Positions 18,439 through 27,525 of a stretch of 64,000 nucleotides of DNA are shown here, in pieces (within the stretch, counting starts at the first letter, position 1; each line of letters starts with the position of its first letter). Below the pieces are notes generated by a model. It ran no database searches. It was not told where the DNA came from and was given only the letters and a program-made list of their open reading frames with translations. Source of the stretch: a virus; the IMG/VR virus record IMGVR_UViG_3300045136_000892. The stretch is one strand, 5' to 3'. Position numbers and translations under genes: made by a program.

Positions 18439-18467
18439 ACCCTAGTGCAGGTTGCACGCAAGCGCAA
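18439..18467 (-). promoter_or_regulatory. Putative sigma70 promoter with palindromic operator for the Y-RNA/rsr/rtcB operon
   Basis: TTGCGC-N17-TAGGGT; GTGCA-N3-TGCAC (18445-18457) within the spacer. Confidence 0.45.
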
Positions 18468-18579
18468 GCATTATTTTAATCGTCATTCAACCTCTTTGAT
18501 TCCCGGCTATTGCGGCCTCGCGGGGGCTTGTTAAAATGGGCAATCTCGCGGCTGATTCCCGCTACCTGACGAGGTCGCC

Positions 18580-19020
18580 ATGGCCCGCAAGAAGACGGCA
18601 GCCCCGAAGCACGTCGAGCCCGAGGAAGAGGGCCCGGAAGGCGAGGAGGGAGGCGGCCAGGAAGGGCACGGCATCATCTCGAAGGCGGAGGCAATCCGCC
18701 GAATGCTGGCCGAGGGTATCGAGAATCCCTCTGTGGCTTCGGCTGAGATCAGGACCCGATTCGGCATCGACGTAACGCCGCAGCATTTCAGCGCGACCAA
18801 GAGCCAGATGAAGAGCCGAGAGGCCGCCAAGAAGGGCAAGCCAGGCCGGAAACCGAAGGCAGCCCCTAGCCAAGCCGTCGAGGGCTACCTGGCTCCGCCG
18901 CCGAAGCCATCAACGGACGGCGAGCAACCTGACCTGCTGGCGGCCATCGAAGCGATGAAGCCGCTGGTGGAGGCGCTGGGTAAGGAGAAGGCCCATCGCA
19001 TCGTCGATCTGCTGGGGTGA
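18580..19020 (+). CDS. Hypothetical Lys-rich, possibly DNA-binding protein
   Basis: GAGG RBS, 146-aa ORF. Confidence 0.7.
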   Translation: MARKKTAAPKHVEPEEEGPEGEEGGGQEGHGIISKAEAIRRMLAEGIENPSVASAEIRTRFGIDVTPQHFSATKSQMKSREAAKKGKPGRKPKAAPSQAVEGYLAPPPKPSTDGEQPDLLAAIEAMKPLVEALGKEKAHRIVDLLG

Positions 19021-19113
19021 GCGACGATACAATCTGTGGAAGAGAACATCTGACGGCTGATCCGACCGTCATCCTCAGGCTACTCGCAGCTAGGCCGCGG
19101 CCGGAGTCTATCG

Positions 19114-19671
19114 ATGCCAGAAGCACCACACGTACCAACCCTGACCGACCTCGCGCTCCTCCCTCGGTGGGCGAAGGTTCTGTTCCTTTCGAGGTGTGCC
19201 GCCAGGGTCATCCCTCTCATCCGTACTCAATGGCCCAGTTTGTCGGCCGGGGACTTGATGGTCATCGGGATGGCTGGGGCGAACGCGGATGCGTCGGCGC
19301 GGCTCGGACGAGAGGTTCACGTTGGGGCGGACCCGCTACCACGGTTGATGGAACTTATCGAGAGTGCCGAGCAGCAGGACAATATGGCTGGCTATGGCTT
19401 GGCGGTATGCGCTACAGCAGCTGGGCTGGCACAGGCCGAATCCGCCGAAAAGGCCACCAACCTTGCTGGTGCAGCACTTGAGCACATGATTCAGTCTTAT
19501 GCTGTCAGCGGGCTAAACGAGGGCGCCGTTGTCGGGTCTGTATGGCTCGATTACAAGGCCCTCCGGGACGCCGCACAAGCGGGCAGTTGGAACAACGAAA
19601 CCCGGATGACCGACGGCATCCTCGGCGAGCTTTGGCCGCATGGCACCCCTCCGGGCTGGCCCACCGAATAA
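19114..19671 (+). CDS. Hypothetical protein
   Basis: GGAG RBS, 185-aa helical ORF ending GELWPHGTPPGWP. Confidence 0.65.
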   Translation: MPEAPHVPTLTDLALLPRWAKVLFLSRCAARVIPLIRTQWPSLSAGDLMVIGMAGANADASARLGREVHVGADPLPRLMELIESAEQQDNMAGYGLAVCATAAGLAQAESAEKATNLAGAALEHMIQSYAVSGLNEGAVVGSVWLDYKALRDAAQAGSWNNETRMTDGILGELWPHGTPPGWPTE

Positions 19672-19744
19672 AGCTAAAATCGACCTGGTGTACATCGCGT
19701 ACGTTTCGCTGGTCATGAGCCTGCGAACGGCGTATCCTCGCCGC

Positions 19745-20380
19745 ATGAAACGCCTTACCCTCATCCTCCTCATCCTCGCGGTCTGGCCGTTCCCGACCGT
19801 CGCCGCCGATTTCGCGGCCTGGGTCATTGGCGTCTCCGACGGCGACACGCTGACTGTCCTGACCGCCGAGAAGCGGCAGGTCAAGGTTCGGCTGCACGGC
19901 ATCGACGCACCGGAGACGGGGCAGGACTTTGGCACGCGCGCGAAGCAGGCGGCTTCGGAGCTGGCCTTCGGCAAGCAGGTAACCGTCCGGGAGGTGGACA
20001 GGGACCGCTATGGGCGCACCGTGGCCGAGGTAATCCTGCCGGATGGCCGTTCGCTCAATCGCGAGATGGTGCGCGGCGGGATGGCTTGGTGGCACAGGAC
20101 CTATGCGCCGGCCGACCGCGAGCTGGCCTCGCTGGAAGCCGAGGCTAAGGCCACGAAGCGCGGCCTGTGGGCCCAGCCCGGGGCCATCCCGCCGTGGGAA
20201 TGGAGGAGTAGCAAGGGCGACCCCGTCACGGCGGAGGTCGTGGGGAACCGCCGGAGCATGATCTACCACGCACTGAACTGCCGGGGCGCAACCGCAATCA
20301 GCGAGAAGAACCGGGTGGCGTTCAAGACTGCGGCCGAGGCCGAGGCTGCGGGCTACCGGAAGGCGAGGGATTGCAAATAG
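19745..20380 (+). CDS. Secreted thermonuclease (SNase) with C-terminal Ada-like metal-binding domain
   Basis: Signal peptide; SDGDT, VRLHGIDAPE, DRYGR, KRGLW; IYHALNC..AEAAGYR. Confidence 0.9.
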   Translation: MKRLTLILLILAVWPFPTVAADFAAWVIGVSDGDTLTVLTAEKRQVKVRLHGIDAPETGQDFGTRAKQAASELAFGKQVTVREVDRDRYGRTVAEVILPDGRSLNREMVRGGMAWWHRTYAPADRELASLEAEAKATKRGLWAQPGAIPPWEWRSSKGDPVTAEVVGNRRSMIYHALNCRGATAISEKNRVAFKTAAEAEAAGYRKARDCK

Positions 20381-20511
20381 CCGCCTGCTCGCTGGCGTTG
20401 CTGGTCGCCCCGCTCCGGCTCAGAATAGGTTGCCAATTTCCATGCGCAACTATTGCCTTGCGCGTTCCCGGGCCTACAATTCCTGTGGACATCAGTTCAC
20501 AGGAGGCCGCC

Positions 20512-20778
20512 ATGAAGCCACGCCATGCGAACGTCCTCAAGGATATGGGCTGCACCGTTGAGCTCGAAGCTTTCCGTCGCGTGCTGGCGGAGGTGAAGGC
20601 CGAATTGTTCCCGGACATGACCGACGAGGAGCTCTGCTACACCCGCGATCAGGCGTCCGACTACTGCGCGGAGGTCAAGAAGCGGGTCGGTGCCCCCAAG
20701 CTCACCCGAGTCTTCATCCTCCGGTCGCTGGTCGGGCTCAGGAAGCAGCGGAAGCGAGCGGCCGGGGCTCGGGCTTGA
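20512..20778 (+). CDS. Hypothetical protein
   Basis: AGGAGG RBS before ATG 20512. Confidence 0.6.
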   Translation: MKPRHANVLKDMGCTVELEAFRRVLAEVKAELFPDMTDEELCYTRDQASDYCAEVKKRVGAPKLTRVFILRSLVGLRKQRKRAAGARA

Positions 20779-20846
20779 CCGCCATTATGCACCAACCTCA
20801 CCACCCGCCCGGCTGAATTCCCCGCCCCGCCTGCTACCCTGCCCGC

Positions 20847-21260
20847 ATGGCCGATCCGCACGTCATCACCGCCCTCGTGGAGAAGTACAGCCGTACTCTC
20901 GGCAGGCTCAGGGACTGCGAGCGGGAGGCGGAGACGCTGCGGGCGGACCTTTCCCACCTGGAGGCCGCAATCCGGCTGTTTCGGGCCGACTATGATTTCA
21001 CGGTAATCCTCCCGCGCCGCCGGTACACCCCGCAGGCTAGCCGGACCCTGATCCGCCGGGCGCTTGACGTGCTGCGGGATGCCGATGAGCCGCTGACTAG
21101 CCGAGGGGTGGCGCTGGCCCTGACCGAGGGAGAGCCGGAGGAACTGGCCCTGCGGAAGCTGGCGAACAACCTGACCGGACGGCTCCGCAGGCAGCAGAAG
21201 GCAGGCGTGGTGCGGGCGCTGGAGGGCAGCGGGGCGGTCAGGTGGGAGTTGGTGCGTTGA
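20847..21260 (+). CDS. Hypothetical coiled-coil/wHTH-like protein
   Basis: 137-aa ORF; LRADLSHLEAAIRLF..ALDVLRDADEPLTSR. Confidence 0.6.
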   Translation: MADPHVITALVEKYSRTLGRLRDCEREAETLRADLSHLEAAIRLFRADYDFTVILPRRRYTPQASRTLIRRALDVLRDADEPLTSRGVALALTEGEPEELALRKLANNLTGRLRRQQKAGVVRALEGSGAVRWELVR

Positions 21261-21468
21261 CGGGGCGGGGTTGCGGCCAAGTGGGCGGGGGCGAGCGGCG
21301 GGGGAAGCTGTGCGCGTGGAAGTGGGTGGAGGGGGCGGGGAGAGGTATGGGGTGGGGAAGTGAAGGGCGGATATTTTTAAAATATTTCAACACCATAGCG
21401 AGTTTCTAGCGCTATGCTTAAAAATCAGTTGCTTAACATTCCGAAGACGACTACTTTATCCTTAGGCG

Positions 21469-21558
21469 TGCCCGTGATCGGACTCGAACCAACATACCCG
21501 CGTGAGCTAAGGTGCCAGGATGACAGCCTGGTGCGTCTACCAATTCCGCCACACGGGC
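21469..21558 (-). tRNA. Class II tRNA with Leu-type body and Asp (GTC) anticodon; no encoded CCA
   Basis: GCCCGTG TG GCG GAATTGGTAGA CGC A CCAGG CTGTCAT CCTGG, long variable arm, GTTGG TTCGAGT CCGAT CACGGGC A. Confidence 0.75.
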
Positions 21559-21661
21559 ACACCTAAGGATAAGTGCGTCCACACCGTAAAGCCGGGCATG
21601 GACGCGGTAGTCATCTAACTACGGAGGGGGCATATTCATGTTCCTTTTGTTGGTTGGACTC

Positions 21662-21709
21662 AGCAGCGGCCCGTTTGTTCATTGGTGATGAGGACGGGCC
21701 GTTTGCTAT
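21662..21709. terminator. Hairpin downstream of ORF 21718-22122
   Basis: CGGCCCGT..ACGGGCCG inverted repeat with extended pairing; weak U-tail. Confidence 0.4.
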
Positions 21710-21717
21710 TCTGGGTG

Positions 21718-22122
21718 CTACACCAAAGACCAGATTTCGTCCTTGTAGCTAAATACGTCCTTTCGCTTCTGTAAGGCTCCTGAAACCACGTTTCCCGGCT
21801 TGGGTCCCGCGATAGCGATGCCCTGCTTCTCGGCAGCAAGCAGTATCTGCTTTGTGGCGCAGAAGTCGGCTTTCATAAGGTACAAGTACGCGATATTCTG
21901 GATTTGTTCTTCGACGGTTCGCGGTGTCGGGTTAGGCAGTCTGCCCTGCTCACCCCCTGCCGTTGCGCGCTGCGTGTAGAGCTTCACCAGTTCTTGCTCT
22001 TTGGATCGGCGCTCGTTGACGAGATGGCGGATTTCGCCCTGCTTTTTCTCGATCTGGGTGTCAATTCCGTGTATCTCGGCAATCAGTGCTTTTTCGGTGT
22101 CGGTGGAGGGGTCGGTAACCAT
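21718..22122 (-). CDS. Hypothetical coiled-coil plus putative wHTH protein
   Basis: 134-aa ORF; GIAIAGPKPGNVVSGAL..WSL C-terminus. Confidence 0.65.
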   Translation of the reverse strand: MVTDPSTDTEKALIAEIHGIDTQIEKKQGEIRHLVNERRSKEQELVKLYTQRATAGGEQGRLPNPTPRTVEEQIQNIAYLYLMKADFCATKQILLAAEKQGIAIAGPKPGNVVSGALQKRKDVFSYKDEIWSLV

Positions 22123-22258
22123 AACTCAAGGTGCTTATGTTGATAAGGTGCCTTACCCTACCAATCGGTTGGCAACGTGTCAATCGTCAAGATTATTGAA
22201 CTGCGTCGGGGACCCCTACCGCACCCACCGCTGGCTATCCCGACGCCTACGACCGGCG

Positions 22259-22287
22259 TTGACATTTCCCTCTTGTCTCTCTAGCCT
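22259..22287 (+). promoter_or_regulatory. Sigma70 promoter
   Basis: TTGACA-N17-TAGCCT. Confidence 0.65.
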
Positions 22288-22291
22288 CCCT

Positions 22292-22470
22292 CCCCGAGGC
22301 GGCATGTGTCGCCTTGGGGCTTGATAACCCCTTGGTTAGCGGTTTTGTACAGCCGTGATTTGTACTCCTCGCTTACGGCGGGGAGGCGTGCGCGCATGTT
22401 CAGGCGCGAGCTAAAGGCGCACGCGACCTTCTAACCAAGGTTTATCAACTCCCCGTCACCAGTGGGGATT
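22292..22470 (+). ncRNA. Structured leader resembling phage c4/CI-type antisense-controlled leaders
   Basis: Hairpin 22292-22319; TTGATAACCCCTTGGTTAG (22321) complementary to CTAACCAAGGTTTATCAA (22431); second partial target GGGGATTGTTAT over the start codon. Confidence 0.5.
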
Positions 22471-22473
22471 GTT

Positions 22474-22578
22474 ATGGAAGATAGACACGGTAACCCGGCC
22501 ATCGTGCTGGGCTTTGCGCTTATGGGCATTTCAGGCGGCCTGGCCGGGCTGCTGCTCGGATGGATCATCTGGGGGTAG
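22474..22578 (+). CDS. 34-aa single-TM peptide (type I toxin-like; not in ORF track)
   Basis: MEDRHGNPAIVLGFALMGISGGLAGLLLGWIIWG* directly after the leader. Confidence 0.55.
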   Translation: MEDRHGNPAIVLGFALMGISGGLAGLLLGWIIWG

Positions 22579-22585
22579 GTGCCGA

Positions 22586-23542
22586 TCAAGCCACCATCCA
22601 CCTCTGGCTATACCCCTTCCACTGCCGCGACACAGGCGCAGCCAGGGCGGCGCCCACCAGCATCAGATACTGCTCGCCATTGCTCACCCGGCGGTTATCC
22701 TCGCGCCATGCCATCTCCGCGGCGTACAGGCCGAGATACGGCCCTGCAATGTGGTGATGCGTGCCGACCTCGGCCCGGCGCAGGCGGCTGAAATAGCTCT
22801 CTGCTTGATTGGTGCAGGCTCCGTTCTCGCTATAGGCCCATTTGTGGTTCACCCGCTTCGTCAGATATTTCGCGTGCAGCGCATCCCAAGCGGGCGCTTC
22901 ATCGGCGTGGATCACCGAGCCAGCGGCCACATGCTTCTGCACCAGGGGCACGGCCTCATCCTCCGAGCGGAACACGAAGGGTAGCGTCCGGCCCTTGCGC
23001 TCGCGCATGACGACGACGACCTGGCGCTTGCCCGTTTGGTTTGCCGCCAGGCGGCGGTCCTTGCGGTCTTCCTTGCGGTTCTCCGGCTTCACATGCCCGC
23101 CGAAATAGCCGCCGTCCACCTCGACCTCCCCCGATAGCTGACACTCGGCACGCATCGCCTCGCGGAGTTTGTGGGAGAGCACGAAGGCAGTCCGGTACTG
23201 GACGCCCAGGTCGCGGGATAGCTGCAGGGCGCTAATGCCCTTGGCCGCGTTCGTGAACAGGGCGATGGCCACCAGGATCTCGCGGATCGCCAGCTTGCGG
23301 GAGGCGAAGATCGTCCCCGAGGTCACGCTGAACTGGTGGCTGCATGCCTTGCACTTCCAGAGCGCCCGCGTCGTGTAGGTGTAGAGGGCGGCGCAGCGGC
23401 AGCGGGGGCAGTAGGGCTTGCCGCCCGTATCGGCCCAGCGGATGGCCTGGAACGCCTCGGCGGCCTGCTCGTCCGTCATGGCCATGATCGCCCTCAGAGA
23501 GAGGGACCGGGCGGCGGAGGAGAGGAGGAAGTGCTGGGTCAT
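22586..23542 (-). mobile_element. IS1595-family transposase
   Basis: Zn ribbon CPRC..CKAC..FSVTSGTIF; VEVDGGYFGG, HADE, VNH, TNQAESYFSRLRR. Confidence 0.92.
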
Positions 23543-23655
23543 GGTTCGCGCTATCGGTTACTTGTTGTCATTTATAACAACACAGGCGGCGCGACTTGTC
23601 AAAGGAAAAGTTGTCGTTTATGCTAACTGAATCGCATTAGCGGCAAGGAATCGGC

Positions 23656-23898
23656 ATGGAGAAGGACGAGAAACGGCAGGATTTGGAGGAGCGGCTGGGA
23701 CGTTACCTCAAGGCGATGCTGAAAGCGGGCGGGCTCACCTACGAGGAACTGGCCGAAGGGCTGAAGGCCCACGGCTTCCCGGAGGAGACCAAGGCATCCA
23801 TCGCCAGCAAGCTGGCCCGAGGATCTTTCTCGGCAGCGTTCCTGGTGGCGGCGCTGCGGGTGGCGAAGCGGGAGGGGATCAGGTTGGAGGATGTGTAG
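23656..23898 (+). CDS. Small HTH protein (DUF6471-like), divergent from transposase
   Basis: LKAMLKAGGLTYEELAEGL..ETKASIASKLARGSFSAAF. Confidence 0.8.
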   Translation: MEKDEKRQDLEERLGRYLKAMLKAGGLTYEELAEGLKAHGFPEETKASIASKLARGSFSAAFLVAALRVAKREGIRLEDV

Positions 23899-24088
23899 TT
23901 TTCGCTGTTTAAAGAAGGGTAATGATGGTAGAATAATCCTCGAACATCATAATGACTATCGAGAAGCTTCGCTATGAATGAGCGCGACATGTTGATTAGC
24001 ATATTCTATGCTATCTGCGGACTAGCAGAGAAGCTGACCGGCGAGCAAATGGTCGTAACTATGACCAGCGAATCCGGCCAGCGTTTCT

Positions 24089-24460
24089 CTATGCATGGGC
24101 AGGGCGTGACTTGGGAACGTACTTCTCGGGAGGCGACTGAAGACCCGCCCTGTCAGTCGTAGCCAAAGTGGACCAGGCTGATTGCAACTCGTCCTTCGCG
24201 GTGTGGACGTTCTTAAGTGCCTGATGAATCTGATCCGCAGTCGGCCAACGGTTTGCGTCTGGGCTTGGCCGCGAATCCGAGCGAATCATAACAGCTTCGG
24301 CTGGCATTATGACGCTGCAATTGCTGAATGAGAATCGTAGCGGCGATTCAAACAACATCATCGCCACACCCCGAATCATGCCGATCATTTCGTCGCAGCG
24401 GGCGGTAGCTTCTTCGTACTTTACTCTGGCATCCAGATAGCGTCTTACAGGGTCGGTCAT
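24089..24460 (-). CDS. Hypothetical protein
   Basis: AGGAG RBS, 123-aa ORF. Confidence 0.6.
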   Translation of the reverse strand: MTDPVRRYLDARVKYEEATARCDEMIGMIRGVAMMLFESPLRFSFSNCSVIMPAEAVMIRSDSRPSPDANRWPTADQIHQALKNVHTAKDELQSAWSTLATTDRAGLQSPPEKYVPKSRPAHA

Positions 24461-24510
24461 CAGTATGTACTCCTATGGCGTTTTGCGCAGCCACAGCAGC
24501 AGACGACCGC

Positions 24511-24625
24511 TTGACGGAAAGACAGGCAGAATGGTATCATTCGCCTTGTTATTGCTGATTCCACAAGCGGTCGTCCAAAACTACTGTGGATCTGAATGAA
24601 GGCCGGGTTCCTCCCGGCCTTTTTT
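24511..24625 (+). ncRNA. Promoter, ~80-nt sRNA and intrinsic terminator, antisense to leader of 24089-24460
   Basis: TTGACG-N18-TATCAT with extended TG; TCCACA..TGTGGA stem; AAGGCCGGG-TTCCT-CCCGGCCTT-T tract. Confidence 0.55.
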
Positions 24626-24681
24626 CATTTCAGACAAGCGATATGATATAAGTTTTTCATGCCATTGAATAGATTTAAAAA

Positions 24682-27525
24682 TTAGCTTTCCGTCCGCACG
24701 CAATCCCCTGTCACGAACTCCCCCGCGTCCTTTACGCACGGAGGAAGCCCCGGCCCGACGATGGGCTTCATTGAAGCCTCGCGGTCGGCCAGCTCGCCGT
24801 TCAGCTTCAGCAGGAATGCCAGCGGATCGTCCTTCGCCCTCATGCCGTAGGCGGCACGCACGGCAGCGTCCAGCGCGTCCTGGGCATCCCGCAGCGGGTT
24901 CTTGCCCGGCGTCTCCAGCGTGCGGTACAGCTCACGCAGGCTCCAGTTATTCTCGGCCATGACCTTGCGGCGCAACTGCCGCAGGGCAACGGCGGCCTCG
25001 GCCACATTCTTCGCCTGCGGCAGCGTCGGCTTCTGCGGCCAAGGGAAGGTGTCGAACACCGTGTCGCTCGTGTAACGGAAGTCGCCCTTGAGCGTGGAGC
25101 AGCGGGCGACGAACCACGCCCAGTGGATGCCCGATTGCAGGATGCCGAACGAGTAGTCGTCGGGGAGGGTGAAGAGCTGCAAAGCGTCGTTCGGATGGAT
25201 GTCTGAAGCGATGAACTCGAAGATGGGGCGCTTCGTCACGCGGGCGCAGGCGATGTAGCGGGGTAGCCCGGCCAGGCGTTCCAGCATCTCCGGGCGTCCA
25301 CGCCAATATTTCCACCAGCGTTGGTAGTGGCTCTGGCGCGGCCCGTTGGGCTTGCCCGTCTCCTCCCGTTCCTTGTCGGCGTTCGCCTTCATCGTCGGCA
25401 GGACATGCGTTTCCACATGCCGGAAGGCCAGCCCATGCCGCTTCGCCGCCAGAATGTCGGGGCAGTGGTTCAGGTCAATGGCGTAGCGTGAGGGCTCCCC
25501 CGTGGATAGAAGGTCATCCCCGGTGAGATAGGGATGAACGACCGGCTTTGCTGCCGCGTCCTTCATCATTTCCTGGGCCTCTGCCGGACTCAACAGGAAT
25601 CCCTCGTGACCGTGCGTCTGCCCCTGGTAGCAGGCCCCGGAGTCCATGTTCGCCCGCAGGCGCTGCGCCCCCGTCACGTCAAATCCAGCCGAGAGGGCTG
25701 GGCCAATCTCATCTACCTCCACAGCCTCCCATGGGCTATGCCGATCATCCCCGAGCTGGGTGAACAGCTTTTTCTTGCCCGGGGCATCGCCCTTAACCCA
25801 GTTGGCGATTGAGACGTGCACCACCGCGTCTCCTGACCAGACCTGGGATGAGACCGCCTCAGTGATCGTGCCGCCGTTGCCGACGATGTAATCCAGGCCG
25901 CCCTCCCGGCTGTAGTTCTGGCGGATGGTATTCGTGCCGACCAGCCCGGCATGGCCCCCGGCTGGCAGCTCGTCGTGGGCCTTGCGGAACCAGTACACGC
26001 AGTAATCCGCACGCCCCGGCACATCCGGGTAGGCCTCCCGCAGCCGGTTCAGGTAGGCCGGGCCGTATTCCTGCTGCATCTTGTTCTTGGACTGGAAGGG
26101 CGGGTTGCCCACGATGGCGTCCGCCTCGGGCCACTCGCAGAACAGGGCGTCGTCGGCTTTGATGTTGTCGTCCAGGTTGTCCAGAGGCAGGGCCGCGTCG
26201 AACTCGATGGGCAGGTCCAACTGCTCCGCGTCGATCCACGCATGGCTCTCGTCGATCGCCAGTTCCTTGGCGATCATCAGCGTGACCTTCGCCAGCTCCA
26301 CGGCGAACTCTTCCTTGTCGATGCCGAAGAACTGCTTGGTACTGACCAGGGAGCGTGTGCCAACGGCGGCTTGCGCCCGCCTGCCGAACTCGGCATGGAT
26401 CTTTGCCATGAGGCTGAGTTCCAGCCGTTTCAGCTCCCGGAAGGCGACATAGAGGAAATTCCCACTGCCGCAGGCTGGGTCGAGGACCCGGAAGCCCCGC
26501 AGTTCTTCCAGCAGGGCGCGGAGGTCCTTTAGCGTCTTGGCCCCCTCGATACGCTCACGCCAGGGGCGGACGATGGTCGGCAGCACGACCTTCTGGATGT
26601 CCGCCTCGGAGGTGAAATGCGCCCCGTAGGCATGTCGCCGCTCCTTGCCCATGCTGCTCTGGAAGAGCGTGCCGAAGATGGGCGGCTGAACCTTGCTCCA
26701 GTTCTCCTCGGCGGCCTTCAGCAGCAGGTCGATCTCCTCCGGCACCAGCTCCAGCGGGTTGACCGTCTGGAAGATGCCGCCGTTGAAATAGCGCACGCCC
26801 TTGAAGCGCCCGCCCTTGGCCGGGGCCTGCGCGTTCATCTGCCGAAACAGCCCGCCGATTAGGTCGTAGGTGCTTTCGCCCCGCTTGCAATCATCCAGCA
26901 ACTCGCTGAACAGCCCGCGCGGCAGCAGTTCCGCATCCTCGGAGAACATCGCCACCACGCATTGCAGGGCGAACCGCTGGGCCTGCTCCCGGTCCTCGCC
27001 CCGCGCCACCAGCGAGTTGAACACACCCGCCACGTTCGCAGCCGCTGCCCGCGTGACGTCCACGCGGTTGTTGCCGAACTGCGGCTTCTTCTCGACGGGG
27101 AAGAGGAAGTTGAAGGCCGTGTACCGATGGGGCAACTCTTCGAGGGCCACCGTGTCCACAGGATCGTTGAGCTGGGAGTCGAAGTCGTAGATCCAGAATT
27201 CGTCGAAGTTGCAGAGCACCACATACTTGGGGCGCTGGGGGACGAGCTGGAGCCAGTATTCAAACGCCTGGGTATAGTGCTTCTGGAGCTTCTCGCCCCG
27301 TTTCTTCATCTCCATGAGCAGGCGGGGCCGCCAGAGGAGGTCGGCGAACTTCGTGCTCTTGGCTCCCTTCACCCGGAATTCCAGCGTGGCTCCGGCTTCC
27401 TTGTAGCCGCCATGCCCGAACGCCTTGAACAGGCGGTCGCAGAAGACCTGAGCCTCGCCCTTCTCGTCGCCTTTCAGCGTGCGGGCGTAGTCGATAAACT
27501 CGCGGATCGGCTCGGCGGGATTCAT
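24682..27525 (-). CDS. MmeI-like type IIL/IIG restriction-modification fusion
   Basis: ADLLW..MEMK nuclease; YFNGGIF, GAHFTS, VLDPACGSGNF, VGNPPF; C-terminal TRD ..VFDTFPWP. Confidence 0.9.
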   Translation of the reverse strand: MNPAEPIREFIDYARTLKGDEKGEAQVFCDRLFKAFGHGGYKEAGATLEFRVKGAKSTKFADLLWRPRLLMEMKKRGEKLQKHYTQAFEYWLQLVPQRPKYVVLCNFDEFWIYDFDSQLNDPVDTVALEELPHRYTAFNFLFPVEKKPQFGNNRVDVTRAAAANVAGVFNSLVARGEDREQAQRFALQCVVAMFSEDAELLPRGLFSELLDDCKRGESTYDLIGGLFRQMNAQAPAKGGRFKGVRYFNGGIFQTVNPLELVPEEIDLLLKAAEENWSKVQPPIFGTLFQSSMGKERRHAYGAHFTSEADIQKVVLPTIVRPWRERIEGAKTLKDLRALLEELRGFRVLDPACGSGNFLYVAFRELKRLELSLMAKIHAEFGRRAQAAVGTRSLVSTKQFFGIDKEEFAVELAKVTLMIAKELAIDESHAWIDAEQLDLPIEFDAALPLDNLDDNIKADDALFCEWPEADAIVGNPPFQSKNKMQQEYGPAYLNRLREAYPDVPGRADYCVYWFRKAHDELPAGGHAGLVGTNTIRQNYSREGGLDYIVGNGGTITEAVSSQVWSGDAVVHVSIANWVKGDAPGKKKLFTQLGDDRHSPWEAVEVDEIGPALSAGFDVTGAQRLRANMDSGACYQGQTHGHEGFLLSPAEAQEMMKDAAAKPVVHPYLTGDDLLSTGEPSRYAIDLNHCPDILAAKRHGLAFRHVETHVLPTMKANADKEREETGKPNGPRQSHYQRWWKYWRGRPEMLERLAGLPRYIACARVTKRPIFEFIASDIHPNDALQLFTLPDDYSFGILQSGIHWAWFVARCSTLKGDFRYTSDTVFDTFPWPQKPTLPQAKNVAEAAVALRQLRRKVMAENNWSLRELYRTLETPGKNPLRDAQDALDAAVRAAYGMRAKDDPLAFLLKLNGELADREASMKPIVGPGLPPCVKDAGEFVTGDCVRTES

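Noticed and set aside
21261-21368. G-rich tract as functional G-quadruplex
   Set aside because: Sits at a composition boundary with no supporting conservation; may be a junction or low-quality sequence
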